Made by a program: the position numbers and the translations under genes
Notes under the pieces: model-generated
Seen by the model: only the letters and a program-made list of their open reading frames with translations
Database searches by the model: none
Told to the model about the DNA's origin: nothing
Part shown: piece after piece, positions 19,422 through 36,934 of the stretch
How positions within the stretch are numbered: position 1 is the stretch's first letter
Layout: every line of letters begins with the position of its first letter
DNA from: the human T2T-CHM13v2.0 reference genome, Homo sapiens
Assembly: GCF_009914755.1 (NCBI RefSeq)
Contig: NC_060933.1
Length of the DNA: 64,000 nucleotides
Reading direction: 5' to 3' (one strand)

Positions 19422-21790
19422 AGATAATTAATATTTTCTAAGCATCTAAGAAACCAGTCTTCATGAACTCCCTCATAAAACATAGATTAATTCACAGAAA
19501 CACTTACGTGTCTGGAAGGCCTACAGTGAAAATATGATAGAGACAGACAGTAGTCTAATACAAAAACTATGTAGTGACAGATCTAAATATAAACGTTTAA
19601 ATTTTCCATTTCATTAGTTCATACTTAGATTGAAAGATAAACATTTAAATTATTTTCAATATATGATTCTGCTAGTAATATTCTAATTTCAATAGAAACC
19701 AAGTGCCTTTAATGAGAAAAGTACATTTTATTCTGTATTAATGAATTTCCAAATGTAATGTTTCAAGTTTAGTCATGTTATACTTCTAACCGTGTCACTT
19801 TAAAATTACGAGAAGGAAAAGAGGGATATATTTTGTTCATTTTAATAAAACTACATGATACAAAATGCAGTTGAAGAAATGTTTGAGTTCAGCTACCCCT
19901 TTATGACACACAGCATCCAGTCACCAATGATGGCTTTAAACACTCGTGCTCTGGGAAACGTTCCTAAAATTTTAAATACTATTCCACAAAACAAAAAAAC
20001 ATTGCCAAATCCCTTTATGACATGATACCCAGATCTGTACAAACCTTATCTTCAAAACCTAACTACAAAGAGAAACAAAGTGTTTATCTGGCTGGGTCTA
20101 CAGAGCTAGTGTAAGAACTGTCTCCCAGCAATGGAGTTTAAACTGGCATCAAACTCTATCAAGTGAGCCAGAAGAACACTTTTACTAAAATTAAAATTCC
20201 ATTTTAGATTTTAAAAGGATATGCTTCTTAAGCCAATTAAAGTTCCTGTGAAGGTTGTAAGCAACTAAAATTGACTCTGGTTAGCATAAGGAAAGGGGAT
20301 TTTTGGAAGACTCTCAGAGACCATCAAAGGGAGGCTCCAAAAGATAACATACAGAGACCAGAGAGACCAACTGGCAACATGCAGGGAAAGGGTCAGCACA
20401 TCTCCATGGAGACTTCCAGGGCTGCTGGGCTCCACCTCCCACTGTAAAGCCCTGTGGAAGAGCCCCAGGCTGCAGAAACTCAAAGTTCCACACCCAAAGA
20501 GAAAGGAGGTGGAGGGGGCCCTGGTTCGCTTCCCTAGTGGGAACAGCCCTGTGCTTTCCTCATAGAAACTGGGGTGTTCTCAGGAAGGAGAATAGATCCT
20601 GGACAGCTAAAAAGCAACAAACGTCTACTGTAGATTCTCAATAAGCCAATGATACCAATATACTTCTCAGTATAAGTCTTCAGATGAATTTAGGTTATAT
20701 TCACACTGTTTTGGCTTCTGTAAGACTCAAAGTAGACACCCCTTGTAGAGCAAAAAGGGAATAAACACCTTCTGCTTGTGCTGCACCTAGAATCTTTGTT
20801 CAATTCTGACTGTGATCAAAATGAATAAAGAATCAGTATTTGACCTACCCGGTGCCATATGTGGTACCTATCAAACCAAACAAGGTAGCAATGCACCCAC
20901 CAAAATACACTTGTACACAATCCAAATAAGTTTGCACACCTGTATTTATCACTTTGATATAAAGAATAAGTTTGTTTCAATGCTTTTAAAAATATATTTT
21001 ATGAATAGTATGCATAGAAAAATTTCAGTTGGAGGTTGCTACTGCCCAATTAAAAAGGATGAAAAAATAACTGTCCTAATATGATCAAACTACCTTATAA
21101 AAATACTAATGCATGAATTGAATTTCATGTAGAATGAGTCAAATATTAATAGTCCAAATAGGGAAGATATATAAATTTTTATTAGAAACATGTTTCAAAA
21201 CACTTCTTTAAAATAATAATTTTTAAGTTTCCCTTCTCCAAATGGTCAGTGTTACAAATTTGGAAATATCCCTCATATAGATGTACTCAGGAGTTAGCTA
21301 AAAGGACATTTGTTTGTTTGCTAGAAACGAAGCAAAAGATAAATCTGAACTTAGAGCAGCATTCATCAAAACACAATCAAAAAATGCTTTACAACAAATT
21401 CAATAGAAAAGAGCATGCTTCCAAATGGTAATGGTGGTATGTGCATTTGCTTGCAGAGACAATTAATACATGCAGCTGGTGTCAACCTTCCGTAAATTTC
21501 AATCAAAGCTTGACAGCTACCAGTTATATTTCACACAGAGTAATTATAGCAAATGGCATTCAGGCTTAATGTTCTGCCATTTCTTTTTTTTCTGAAATGT
21601 AATCAACAAGATATTAAGACTGCTTCTGCTTAGTTTTCTTTAATATTCACAGTGACAAAAATAAATATTCAGTCTAAGGCATTTAGTAAAAAATGTAAGT
21701 GAGGAAAGAAGACTACGTTTAGTAGGGCTTGTCCTATGACAATTACTTCAAATATATGTAGCCTTTCTGCATAATAAGATATTATATTAG

Positions 21791-22146
<356 letters not shown>

Positions 22147-25100
22147 TAATTCCAAGACTTTTCTATATATATTGCACAAGCATGTGAGTATCAGGCATCA
22201 AATGCTTTTGTATGTTAAATAAGGAAACACAACAGCAGCTCCCCCTGGAAATTGTGTTATTCTAAAAGCTGGTGCTCCTACACATTCTTTATGTGGTGTC
22301 ACAACTAAAATAGACATTAGGATAACGAACATATGGTCCAGATTTAATAGGCCATGTGCTTCAATTTTTATAGTAAAGTATTTAAAATGTCAATTCTTGT
22401 ATCCAAATGTACTTTTAAACTTCATCCCACAATAATTGCCTATTTAATCCCACTACACCTGTGCCTGCTGAAGTACACTTAAGGTGCTCTCATGCTCCCC
22501 CAGCTTGCTACTCTTTTAAAATGTTGCTTTCTACACATCCCGTCAGTGTCCTGGGCCAATCAGCACATCTTAGGAGTCAAGGGAAATCCTGAAGCCGAGA
22601 GCACTGTGCGTTTGCCTTGCTCCTCCCTGGGCCTCCATTCGGCCCAGCAGAAATGGGAGCAGTGCCCAGCACCCTCCCACCTCTGTCTTAAGACCATCAG
22701 GATTCATCTGAAAACACCCGATACCCATTCTAATAACCTTCTCATTCACATTCTTTCTCCCATCTTCTGCTTAATTTTTCCATCACCACATTTACTATGG
22801 TCTAACATAGTATATATTTTATGTATCCGTCTGCCTCCTCGAATGTAAGCTCTATGAAGGCTGGGGGTTTGTCTCTGTTTACTACTGTATTTCCAGCCAT
22901 TACTAACAAGTATCTGGTGCATAAGCAGTACTCAATAAAATAATTATAGCTGAATATATTTCACAAACTTACAAACCAAAAAAAACTTCACTGTAAAATC
23001 AAGTAAGACCTAGTAGGCATAGAACATACTCTAAAGAAATAGGAGAGCAAAATACTGACTACATAACATTTGTACTTTAGCATCAATATACATCACTGAC
23101 TGGGATTTAGGAGAACAGAACAATACACAGCTGTATCAGTCAAGTTTCTTGGCAGCTAGCAATGGATACCAACTTTAGCTGAAGAAGAATTTGCTGAAAG
23201 GTTTTTGGGTGGCCCCCGAAACTACCAGGAATGCTGAAGAATTATGTTCAAAAAGGGCAAAAACCAGTAAGACACCATGAAGCAGGACTGAAGCCCCAAG
23301 CCACACCCGAGAGGCCCACTTCTGATAAGGACCCTGCTGCCCTGGGCAGAGACAAAGCTGCTGAAACTCAGCAGGGACCCAGAGATTTGGAAAGGGGGAT
23401 TAAGATGCCGGCAAGGTTAAAAACACACACATGCACACAAAAAGGTTCACTATAGTCATGGTGTACAACACCCTTCACTTGAGTACTTAGTATAAACATC
23501 AAAGAGAAAACTCTTCCAGGTATTCCTTGTAACACAGTTATCTCCTAATAGCTGCTATAGGAGCTATTGGTGATGACAGGATTCCACTATAACTGACTAG
23601 TATGAAAGTGTTAAGGTTCAGTGGCTATTAATTAGCACTGTAAGTGAAAATAGTTGAAAAACTATGATAAATTTCACATATTTGAACAGCAATTTAGATT
23701 TCTGCAATATCAACTGGCATTGAAAATGTTACATTTATTTAAGGTCGCTCAAAATAAAGGTACCAAATTGAAGTATTTAAAACCCTCTGTCTTTATAACA
23801 GATGTTTTTAAGGCATCAAAAATAACATGCATATGTGTACATTCATGAGGCAAATCAGTAAAAAATAATTACACAGTGGCCCCCAAACCAGGCATTGGCA
23901 GGGGGATACCTCCAGTTCCAGAGCAATCACTGACAAACAAATTCAGTGGTTTGCATCTTAAAAGGATCTGAGCTCTTTGACGAACAATTTTTGCCACTTT
24001 AATTCTGCACAGCCATAAAACACAAATAATTCCAGAATCTTAATATACTTTCTTTTCTCTCTTCTCAGAGGTGGAAAAGGGCTGACCAGGTATATTTGAA
24101 TTTAAGAAAGACAATCTGTTCTTTTGAGTCTAAGGATTAAAAATAACGGGCACACAAGAGAAGGTCTCTCTCAAGGTGTTATGTAGGGCAGGGAAACAGG
24201 TACTGAAACTGTGCCTATTGAAAAGCAAACTACAGCAACAAAAGAAATGGAAACAGAATACAAACGTGCAAAGCATACTGATTATTAGCAGAAACAAATC
24301 CAAAAAAAATATATAAGCCTATTTTCTGGGTATGCCTCCTAAAAATCCTAGAAAATACAAAATATAGAGAAAATCATTTTATTTCATTTAACAAATATTT
24401 ACTAAGCACCTATCATGTAATGAGCAATGGGCTAGATACTGTTAATACAGTAGTCAATCAAATGAAACAGTTCCTTCCCTACTGGCACTCAGAGTGTTAT
24501 GATGACACATCAATGACCTCATCAGCACTAGCAAAGAGGTGAAACTGCAAACTGGAAGATGACAGGATGTTATAAGGTTCTTATTTCAATACCTAAGGAT
24601 GTGTTCTTAATATACTTGAATTAAAAACTCAAATCCTTTAGGATTTTACAATACAGTACTTATTTTCTGTTGAATTACTAGTAGTAGTTGTAAGCCTTAT
24701 GAATAATTAGCAAAAAATGTATAACTGCAAAGTCAAGTGTATAAAAATTGAGAAAGTAAATATCAGATTGGCAACTCAATTTATATTTCTAAATAACAGA
24801 GGACTTAATCCACATTAAATAAATCTTTATGTAGGTTAACAACAACAAGATGAAAGTGAACTTCAGATAAGGAAGATAAACATCTACTAAACAGTCAAAT
24901 ATATAAAATTAAAGCATAGAAAAGGCCCCAGATCCATAAACCTGGCTAACCAAGCTTCACCTAAGGTTCCTGTTCAATTTTGCTAAAGAAGGCTATATGA
25001 CCAATCCTAGGAGAATTAAACTTCCTTAGTAGTTCAAAATGATGCTATATCTGAAACTTGCTCTCTAAGGGAAATTAAACTGAACTAGTTGCTCCTAACC

Positions 25101-26289
25101 ACACAGAAGAGAGTAACAATTAGGCAAGGAAGGGGCTGGGATAGCAAAAGAGAAAAAAGGACATCCATTAACACTAAAACACATTAAGTTACAGTAACAA
25201 TGATGACTAGTACAACACACACTGGGTGGTGATCTACCAGAACCCTTTCAAAGCCTTCTACATGTATTCATTCCTGTCATCCTCCCAATGCCACTATAAA
25301 ATATGCATGACCACTCTTGCACTTAAGGATTAGGACAGAAACACAGAGAGGCAAGTCACTTTCCCAAAAGGCCACAGAGCAAAGTTTCAGATCCAGGCAG
25401 CCCTGCTCCAGGGCTCCAAATCACCACGGAGCAACAGGTGAGGTTAGTGGTTTTGTAACAGCCCATATTTTCTCAATCTCTTTTTGAAACACTGATGTGA
25501 TACATGACTGATTTCAAAGTAGCTCATTTTAAATATTAGGCATTCTTGGACCTGTGAAAAATTAATCTTAGAGGAGCTCTATGGTGATTTCTCATTTTTC
25601 AAACACTTGCTTCTGGCTGGGAATAGAACGGGAACTTCCCTAGGCATGTTTAAAGTTGGCCATAAAAAAAGGTAATGCAAAAGTACAGTTAGATAATTAA
25701 ATAAGTGTTCTCAACCACTTGACAGAGCGAATCTTAACACGGCATCAGGTAAAAGTTTGCTCCTTTGTTTTCATAAAATGTCAACCACTTCAACAGGCCA
25801 AATCTCCAAGCCGAACAGAAATCCCATAACTTATCACCCAAAAGGATGACTATGGCCATTTCCAGAGGCTTTCTCTGCCACTGAAATGCTAGTGATCAAG
25901 TGTAATTATTAACAGGTCAAGGAATAAATTGATTCCAGGGCAGTGGAAATTATGTTGATGAAATGAAAAGTGGTCTTGCTGACAATGCATTATCATTTCT
26001 AGACAGCACATCTGAACATCAAATCTCACATCATGGAGATGTGCCAAATGCCAGTGACCTAGTTTCATTAGGGTGGGAAAGATAGAGCAATCTATCCTTT
26101 GAGACTAGTACCAAAATAGCTTTCTAAAATACAGCTTCATGCATTAAAGGTTTTAAGTGATTGTCCATGGAAGGACAAAAGTAATAACCAGAGCCAATAT
26201 CAAATACAAATTTCCTTTACGTACCCCATAAGCTAATGGGGTACATAATATTATCTGCATTTCAAAATTTGAAAAAAAAATTAGGAACA

Positions 26290-26573
26290 GGTCGAGCGCG
26301 GTGGCTCATGCCTATAATCTCAGCATTTTGGAAGGCCAAGGCAGGCGGATCACTTGAGACCAGGAGTTTGAAACCAGCCTGGCCAACATGGTGAAACCCT
26401 ATCTCTACTAAAATTGCAAAAACATTAGCCGGGTGTGGTGGCGGACGCCTGTAATCCCAGCTACTTGAGAAAGCGAAGCACAAGAATCCACTGAACCCCA
26501 GAGGCAGAGGTTGCAGTGAGCTGAGACTGCAGATGACAGAGTAAGACCCTGTCTCCCAAAAAAAAAAAAAAAA
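26290..26573 (+). mobile_element. Alu with a small internal deletion in the right arm
   Basis: The ccactgcactccagcctgg segment is missing before gacagagtaagaccc. Confidence 0.92.
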
Positions 26574-27063
26574 GAGTATTGCATATACAAAATTGTTATT
26601 AATGTGAATTCTCAAAAATATGGCCTATGTCTATCTACAGAGTAATGTGACTTTAATAAAATTATTTTGGACTCTTTTTCCAAACAATAACAAACGAGAA
26701 CAAAACACTGTAACAGGTCATTATTTTTTCGAAACTCAACAAAGGTTACTGACTCACTTTGCAGCGCCACATCTAAAGAAAAATGCAAGTAATGAAACAC
26801 TAAACTTTTTTTAAAAAAGGATCTTTATGTGATATGCACAGAAAAACATAAACACTGAACTTACAACATAGCACCATGGAAACAAAACCTGTCACCTTAT
26901 ACACTGGCAAGACTCAAGAACAATAGCTTATAGAACATAGAGGACAAGAAACAAGTCTGGAAGACAATGGGTTTATAAAATATGTTTGCCATGTGGTTTT
27001 CTTCCCCAAGTAAAGAATGTGAAAATGGGATAAAATCACCTCTTAAAAGAAATGTATTATACA

Positions 27064-27297
27064 ACACCTGTAATGCCAGCACTTTGGGAAGCTGAGGTGG
27101 GAAAATCGTTTGAGCCCAGGAGCTCAAGACCAGCCTGGGCAATATAGCAAGACACTCATCTCCACAAAAATTTTTTTAAAAAACCAGCCAGGTGTGGTAG
27201 GGCATACCTGTAATCCCAGCTACTTGGAATGCCGAGATGGGAAGATCAGTTGAGCCCAGGAGTTCCAGGTTACAGGGTAAGACCCTATCTCTAAAAA
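27064..27297 (+). mobile_element. Truncated old Alu (AluJ-like)
   Basis: tttgagcccaggag motifs. The 5' end and part of the right arm are missing. Confidence 0.85.
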
Positions 27298-28849
27298 TTA
27301 ATACTAAGATTTCCACATACCTTTTAAAATGTTAAGGGCTAATAATCTCATCTATAAAAATGGATGCATAAAATACCATTCCAATTTAAGCATATACAGA
27401 ATCCAGAATTACAATTTAGCATGAAAGAATAATATACCACTACCATGTACAGTTCATTCCAGAAAAGCTAGACTCTGTCAACAATGGAAAATCTATCTAA
27501 ATAATTCCAGTATCAAAAAATGTAGTATTATCAACATTTCAAGAGAGTTCCTTAACATGATTAAGGAAGTATATCTCAAACTAAAAGCCAGGAGAAGGTT
27601 TTATGGTAAAACAGAAGTTTTTTGTAAGAGTTGTAAGTGAAAAGGAAAGGTATCTAAAACCTAACATTAAATCAAAATAGCAAGCTGCAGAAGAGAATGT
27701 ATAATATAATAATTTTAGGGAAAAAATCTATGTATGTATGTATGTATGAATATATCAGTGTATGCATTTAAAAATTTCTAAATGGCAGGCATCAAATCAT
27801 TAACAATAATTACTTATTGGGGCTGTTTTCCCTATTGTTTGAATCAAAATCAAGTGACATGAGACAACTACTTTTAAGAAATCCTCAATTACTAAAAGAT
27901 GAAATTTTGAAATTCCTCAAAATTATTTCCAACTATGATTCTGATTTCCTAATCAGACATTATTAGTGTTTATATATTTTCCTTTTTTTAAAAAAGGTAG
28001 CAATATTACTTTTGTCTTTGAATGCTCTGGGAGTTAAATTTGGAAGTAATGCTATTCCTTTCTTATTAACTGAGATTAAAACAGTTTGGTATGCAAGATT
28101 CCCCACCAAGGGGACACAGGCTCTGAGGGTAGGGTGCTCAAGGTTTCCCCACTGGAGGAGGCATCGTAGAGGCAGCAGGTGAGTTTTAATGATGAGGTGT
28201 CAGGAAAGAAACAGCAGAAGGTAGAAGACCAAGGGGAAGAAATTGTAGGAAAAGAAAACAACGGAGGGCTGGCAACATGCTGCATGAAGTAAGATCACAC
28301 AATAGCACTGCCACACAAGGGTGCCATGCCTAGCGACCACAGGATCCAGCAATATAGTCACAAAGTCCTACTTTAAAATGAAAAAATAACGGGGAAAGCA
28401 AGACACACAAATATAAAAACATTCTAGTTTCACAGTGTAATCTTACGCGTAGCAAAAAGATTATTTTATAAAAGTCAATTTTACATACGTAGTAAAGAAA
28501 AGAAACCTGAACACTGAGGATTTTTTTTCCATCTCTTCCACAATCTTGACAGATGGTGCTCACTCTGAGTGACAAGTAACTATAAAAACCAGTAAGTCTA
28601 TTTCAAAGGAAAAGTGGTCCTTTAAACTACTCATACCAAATGCCTTTTAAGATCGTCACTGTTAAGTCTGATTTCACCTTTGTGGGTAACAAATCTTGGA
28701 AGTAGTTTGGCGCGATTTCAACGAATGGAAAAATAGAAAGTCTGGATATACAGTAAGATAACTTTTCTGATTAAGTGGTTGGTCATTTCACAAAAATAAT
28801 GCAACTGAAGAATAGTGCATTTATTAATTTAATGAATCATAGCCCTTCC

Positions 28850-29290
28850 TCTTCCAGCCAAGATAGGGTAGCAAAGACTGGATTTACCTTCCTACCTGAA
28901 AAACTCAAAAAACAGTTTTCAAGACACTGGATAAGGCAACAAAGGACAGTAACTGTTGAAACAAGCGACATGAGCCCTTAGACTGCCCAACCTAACTTGG
29001 ATGAATATCAAAATAATTATGCTCAGGAAAAGAACCCAGGCAAAGAAAAGATTCCGTAAGGGATAATAACATTTATGTCAAATTCTGGAAACAAAAGCTA
29101 ATCTTCAGTGACAGAAAGCAGTTCAGTGGTGGCATGAAAAAACTTTTAAGAGTTTTTTCTCTTCTTCATTATCTTGGTTATGATTTCATGGGTGTATATA
29201 TGCCAAAACTTATCAAATTATATGCTAAAATATGTGTAGTTTATTGTACATCAATTATAACTTAATAAAGCTGTTAAAGATATTAAAAAT
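28850..29290 (+). mobile_element. Old L1 (L1MC/ME-type) fragments including a 3' end
   Basis: gtgacagaaagcag..tcagtggt and tttattgtacatcaattataacttaataaagctgtt. Confidence 0.6.
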
Positions 29291-29527
29291 GAAGAAAAAT
29301 TATCGCAAACAACCATTAAGTAACAACAAAAATAAAGTGTTAGTCCTTACAACGTGCCAGGTAATGACATAGGCACTTTACATGTATTATCCTAGTCAAT
29401 TCTCACAACAACCTATGATATAGGCATTATTATTATCTTTATTGTACAAAAGAAACTGAGATAAATAATACAGAGAAATAACTTGTCTAAAGAAATACAG
29501 TTCAGTGATAGAGATGGGATTTCCAAC

Positions 29528-29929
29528 AGTATTAGGCTATTTGTGTTGCTATAAAGAGATACCTGAGAGTAATTTATAAAGAAAAGAGGTTTAATTGCCT
29601 CCCAGTTCTGCAGGCTGTACAGGAAGTGCTGTATCAGCATCTGCTTCTGGTGAGGGCCTCAAGAAGCTTACAATCATGGCAGAAGGCAAAGGGGGAGCAG
29701 ACATCTCATATGGTGAGAGCAGGAGCAAGAGAGCAAGGAGGGGGAAGTGCCACACAGTTTTAAACAACCAGATCACCTGTGAACTCGCTCATCACCAAGG
29801 GGACGGTGCAAAGCTGTTCATGGGAAATCTGCCCCAACGATCCAGTCACTTCCCACCAGGCCCCTCCTCCAACACTGCGGGTCACAATTAACATGACATT
29901 TGGTGGAAACAAATATCTAAACTCTATCA
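29528..29929 (-). mobile_element. MST-family (ERVL-MaLR) solo LTR inserted in a MIR
   Basis: gtattaggc...ttgctataaagagatacctgag...aaaagaggtttaattg...ttacaatcatggcagaaggc...actctatca. MIR-like sequence lies on both sides. Confidence 0.88.
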
Positions 29930-30929
29930 CAAGCCAAGAGGGACCTCACTCCAAAGCACATGCCATGAGCTACTTATTCGACTCCACAGGTAGACATGGC
30001 TAGTCATCAGATGTTTAACCATAAATGTTACTGCTGAGCTAGTGTGTTCAGTTTTCTTAAAGGAATGTAAGCTTAACTCTATTATTCCAAATCAGAGTTC
30101 TTGTTATCATTAGACTTGACATTTACGTCTGTCGGATGGCATGCTGACAGGTACACACTGAAATATCTCTCTGATGGTAAGTCCAAACAATTCACACCCT
30201 GTTTTTCACATTACAGGCACTAGAGGTTCAAAAAAGCAGTCACCAAACTGGAAGGTTTGTAAAAAGTGAATTCAGTTTTATTTTTAAAAGATAAGGGAAA
30301 TGAACTGCCGCTCTTCTTAATTTATAGGCAGAACTAATTTAACTTCCTTGATTAACTTTCTACATATTCTATTTAATGACTCTGAGAAAAAGGTAGGTCT
30401 TTCAACATCTGCTTTCTAGACTGCTTAAAGTGATTCTTGAGACCATTTATTTAACTTGATACAAAAATAAACACTATAGAATATTAAAATGTAAATAAGA
30501 CCACCTTGATTACTGCTGGATAATAAGAAAGTAACCTGCCACTCATAAAATGAATAACCTGTTTTTTCTAAGAGAGCAAGTTACTAGCAATTTTTAAAAA
30601 TGAGAGCAATAAACACTGACATAAATTTGAGGTTATAAGGAGGAAATTAAAATACTCATAACCAAAATCACCAATTAATTAGATTCCATTACTTACATAA
30701 TTTGAACACATAAATAAAGCTAATTTTAATGAAAAAAGGGCAGTTAAAGTAAATAACATACTCATATTATTAATTCTCCAATCTTTTCTGTATAACTATC
30801 CTTTGAAGTTAATCTCATTCTCTTTTCTCCAGGAGCAGTAATTTACGCATTCAAATATACACACTGAGGACTTACCAGTGGGCTAGGCCCCTTGGTCTTA
30901 CACTCGAGAGAACAAGAGATGAGCTTCAA

Positions 30930-31520
30930 AAACTTAGTTTTACATTTATGATCTATTTTGAGCTAATTTTGGCACAAATTATGAGGTTTACATCAAGGTT
31001 CTTTTTTATTATTTTCTGCACATGGAAGTCCAATTTTTCCTACAACACACTTTCTCCATTGAATTGCCTGTGCATTTTCCTCTTTCAGGATTTTTTTAAA
31101 AGTCTTGAATTTTAGGGAGTTTATTTATGATGTGTCTGATCGCGGATTTCTCTGGGCTTGTTTAGGTTTACTCAGCTTCTTAAATCCTTATATCTTTCAC
31201 CAAATTAGGAAAGTTTTCAACCATTATTTCTTTGATTTTTTCCCCCCTGAAATACACTTTCTCCTCTCCTTCTGGAACACTTGAGACACAAATGTTTAAC
31301 CTTTCAGTATTATCCCACAGGTTCCTACGGTTCAGTTCATTTATTTTACACAATGATTTTTTCTCTGTTGTTCAGACTGAATAATAATTTCTATTGCTCT
31401 ATCTTCAGATTCACTCACTCTCTCTTTTGTTCATCTTCATTCTGCAATTCAGTCCATCCAGTTTGTTTTTTATTTTGGCAATTTTATTTTTTAATCCTAA
31501 GATTTTTATTTGTTGGAGTT
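30930..31520 (-). mobile_element. Old L1 fragments
   Basis: ctattttgagctaatttt...ttctccattgaattgcc and ggaaagttttcaaccattattt motifs. Confidence 0.6.
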
Positions 31521-31619
31521 ACTCTCCTGGAGTTCTCTCTGTCTGTACCAATGTCCATTTCTGTGTTTCAGGATGCCTTTAGAACAGGCCTCTGGAAGGC
31601 AGGAAAAAAATGAATCCCA

Positions 31620-32660
31620 CGGTTTTTTATTTTCCACCCAGGCTGCTCTCGAAAACTCCACATCTGTGTAACAGTCTACTTAAAAGTGTACTTGATATTT
31701 AATGACCATTTTGAAGCCAACACGTCCAAAACAATATTCTTGATTGTCACTTCCCAACTTGCTTTTTGAATAGCTTTCCACATCTCAGTACAAGGCAACC
31801 TCTCTTTTCAGTTACTGCAGCCAGAATCCTTGGAGTCATTCTTTACATCGGTTTCTTTTATGTTACCCATCTAGTCTATCAAGAGATTCTTTTGGCTCCA
31901 TCTTCAAAAGATACCGAGAATCTAAACCATACCCCACTACTTTCACCATTCCCATCCCAGTAGAGGCCCCTATCACATTCCACTTCAACTACAGCAACAG
32001 GCTCGTGGCAGGAATAGGCTTCTTCCTTCTAACCTGGCCCTACTATTGTCTGCTCCTAACACAGTGATGACAATGAACCTTCAAATATCTAAGAGCATGT
32101 CACAGCACGTCACACCTCTGCTGAAAAACCTACGGTGAGCCCCCTTCTCACTCAGGGTAAAAGTTAAAAGTCCTGACAGTGGCTATAAGACCTCTAGATC
32201 TGACTCCCCTATTGCTTCTCTGACAGTATCTCCTATTGCTCTCCTCCTCCTCCTCTCTGCTCTGGTTGTGGTGATGTGGTGAATGTTCCAAGCACACTCC
32301 CATCTAAGGCCTCTTTACTAGTTGATACTTTTGACTGACATGCTTTTCCTCAGATCTGTATGATTAATTTCCTCAACTCCCTTAAGTCTTTATTTCAATG
32401 TTACCTTTTAAATGGGGTTTGCTCTGACCTCTTGGTTTTAAACTACAAACCCACACTCTCCTTGGACCCCTTCCCCTATTTTTTTTTTCTATAGCACCTT
32501 CCACTTCTGCCATAATACACAATTTATCATGTGCTAGGTCTACTGTTCCTGTGCTAGAAGGTAACTGCTTGGTGGCAGGATCTTCCTCTGCTTGTTCACG
32601 GCTGTATCCCCAGTGTCCACATCAGCACATGACTCAACAAATGTCTGCTAAGGCAAGTGA
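31620..32660 (+). mobile_element. L2 relic
   Basis: Pyrimidine-rich L2 3' region ending in actcaacaaatgtctgc...gtgagt. Confidence 0.6.
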
Positions 32661-32688
32661 GTAAACATGCCTGGAAAACAGTATGTGA

Positions 32689-35609
<2,921 letters not shown>

Positions 35610-36863
35610 AAATCTTGGTGATGGCTGACAGAAGCCACACTGTTTTTCTGAACTCATTGACTCCCAGCTTTATATTGCCTTATCCCTGTTTGACTACAAC
35701 AACAGTATTATAAAGGGCAGTTATGATGTTTGCTCACGTTTCATCTCTCCTAACAGATTTTAGGTGATCAATTCCAAGGGAGCATTACTAAGTCCTACAT
35801 AAACCTGTTTATTCCACAGCTACTAACAAAATGGTCTGTACACAGTACAAAGTCAGCAAATAACTCCCAAACCACCCTAATTACACAAAAAGAACTAGTC
35901 ACTGAATTACACTTTAATGTATAAAAAGATGAGACTTCATAGTGTGTGCTCGTGTATACGCAAGGTATGTTAATAATGTTAATATGTTAATAAATACACT
36001 GGACTTCAGAAGGCTGAATCAGTGCCAGCTTTAAGGAAGTCACCTGGGGAAGTGCTACACTAAACCCAACTACTCTGTTCTTTCTTCACATCGGTAAAAT
36101 GTCAACATTATGTAAGCCTCTTTTTTAAAAAAAATCGTTTTGTTATGCTTTTTTTTCTTCCTGGAATAGTATGACCTTATTAATCATATTTGGCACAGAA
36201 TGATCTTTTGATATTTATGAAAATCAAATTTACCCTCACAGGATAAAAATGAGTCACTGCTGAGGATATTTAAAAGAATAAGCTCAGATTCTGACGGAAC
36301 TTCTAAAAGGATCTCAACAAAGGTTATAAACAAAGCCTTTCAAAATGACTACTGTGTTCAGGACTACACACACTCACAGGATTTAAAATCGAGTTCCAGG
36401 AAAACATGCCAAAAGACTGCCCTACTGCTGAACACAGCCAACAATGATGTACAGTAATGCCCCCAGATCCCTCACCCAGGGAGGGGAAAAAAAGACAAAA
36501 CTGGAGTTGGTCTCTTTTTCTGGTTCCATGAAACCTCTGTGCTCTAATTTTCCTTCTTCCTTTCTTTTTAAATTTGGAAATAGTCAGCCAATGGTAATTA
36601 CTATAGCTTCTTTTCCTGAAAAGTTTCTAAGATAATCCTAAAAATATGCCCACATTTGTCACTACCCCAACCAAATGATCAAAGATATTATCACCCAAAG
36701 TGGGATGACCTAACATTAGGAATCACATAATAAACACAAAATGAAACATGCAGCATTGACATTTTAATGTTGTTGGCAAAATGTCTTACCCTAAACCTAA
36801 CCATGAGGAAATATTAAGTTAAATCTAGAATGAGCAAGACTCAGACAATCGCCTGAATTCTCT

Positions 36864-36922
36864 AAAAAAAAAAAAAAAAAATCTATCTATCTACCTATCT
36901 ACCTACCTACCTAACTACCTAT
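36864..36922. repeat. Poly-A followed by a compound (TCTA)n(CCTA)n microsatellite
   Basis: Direct read of the sequence. Confidence 0.85.
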
Positions 36923-36934
36923 CGTGTTTGTATG

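Noticed and set aside
30868-30880. Consensus minus-strand donor CTG|GTAAGT
   Set aside because: No convincing matching acceptor identified nearby; isolated donors are common.
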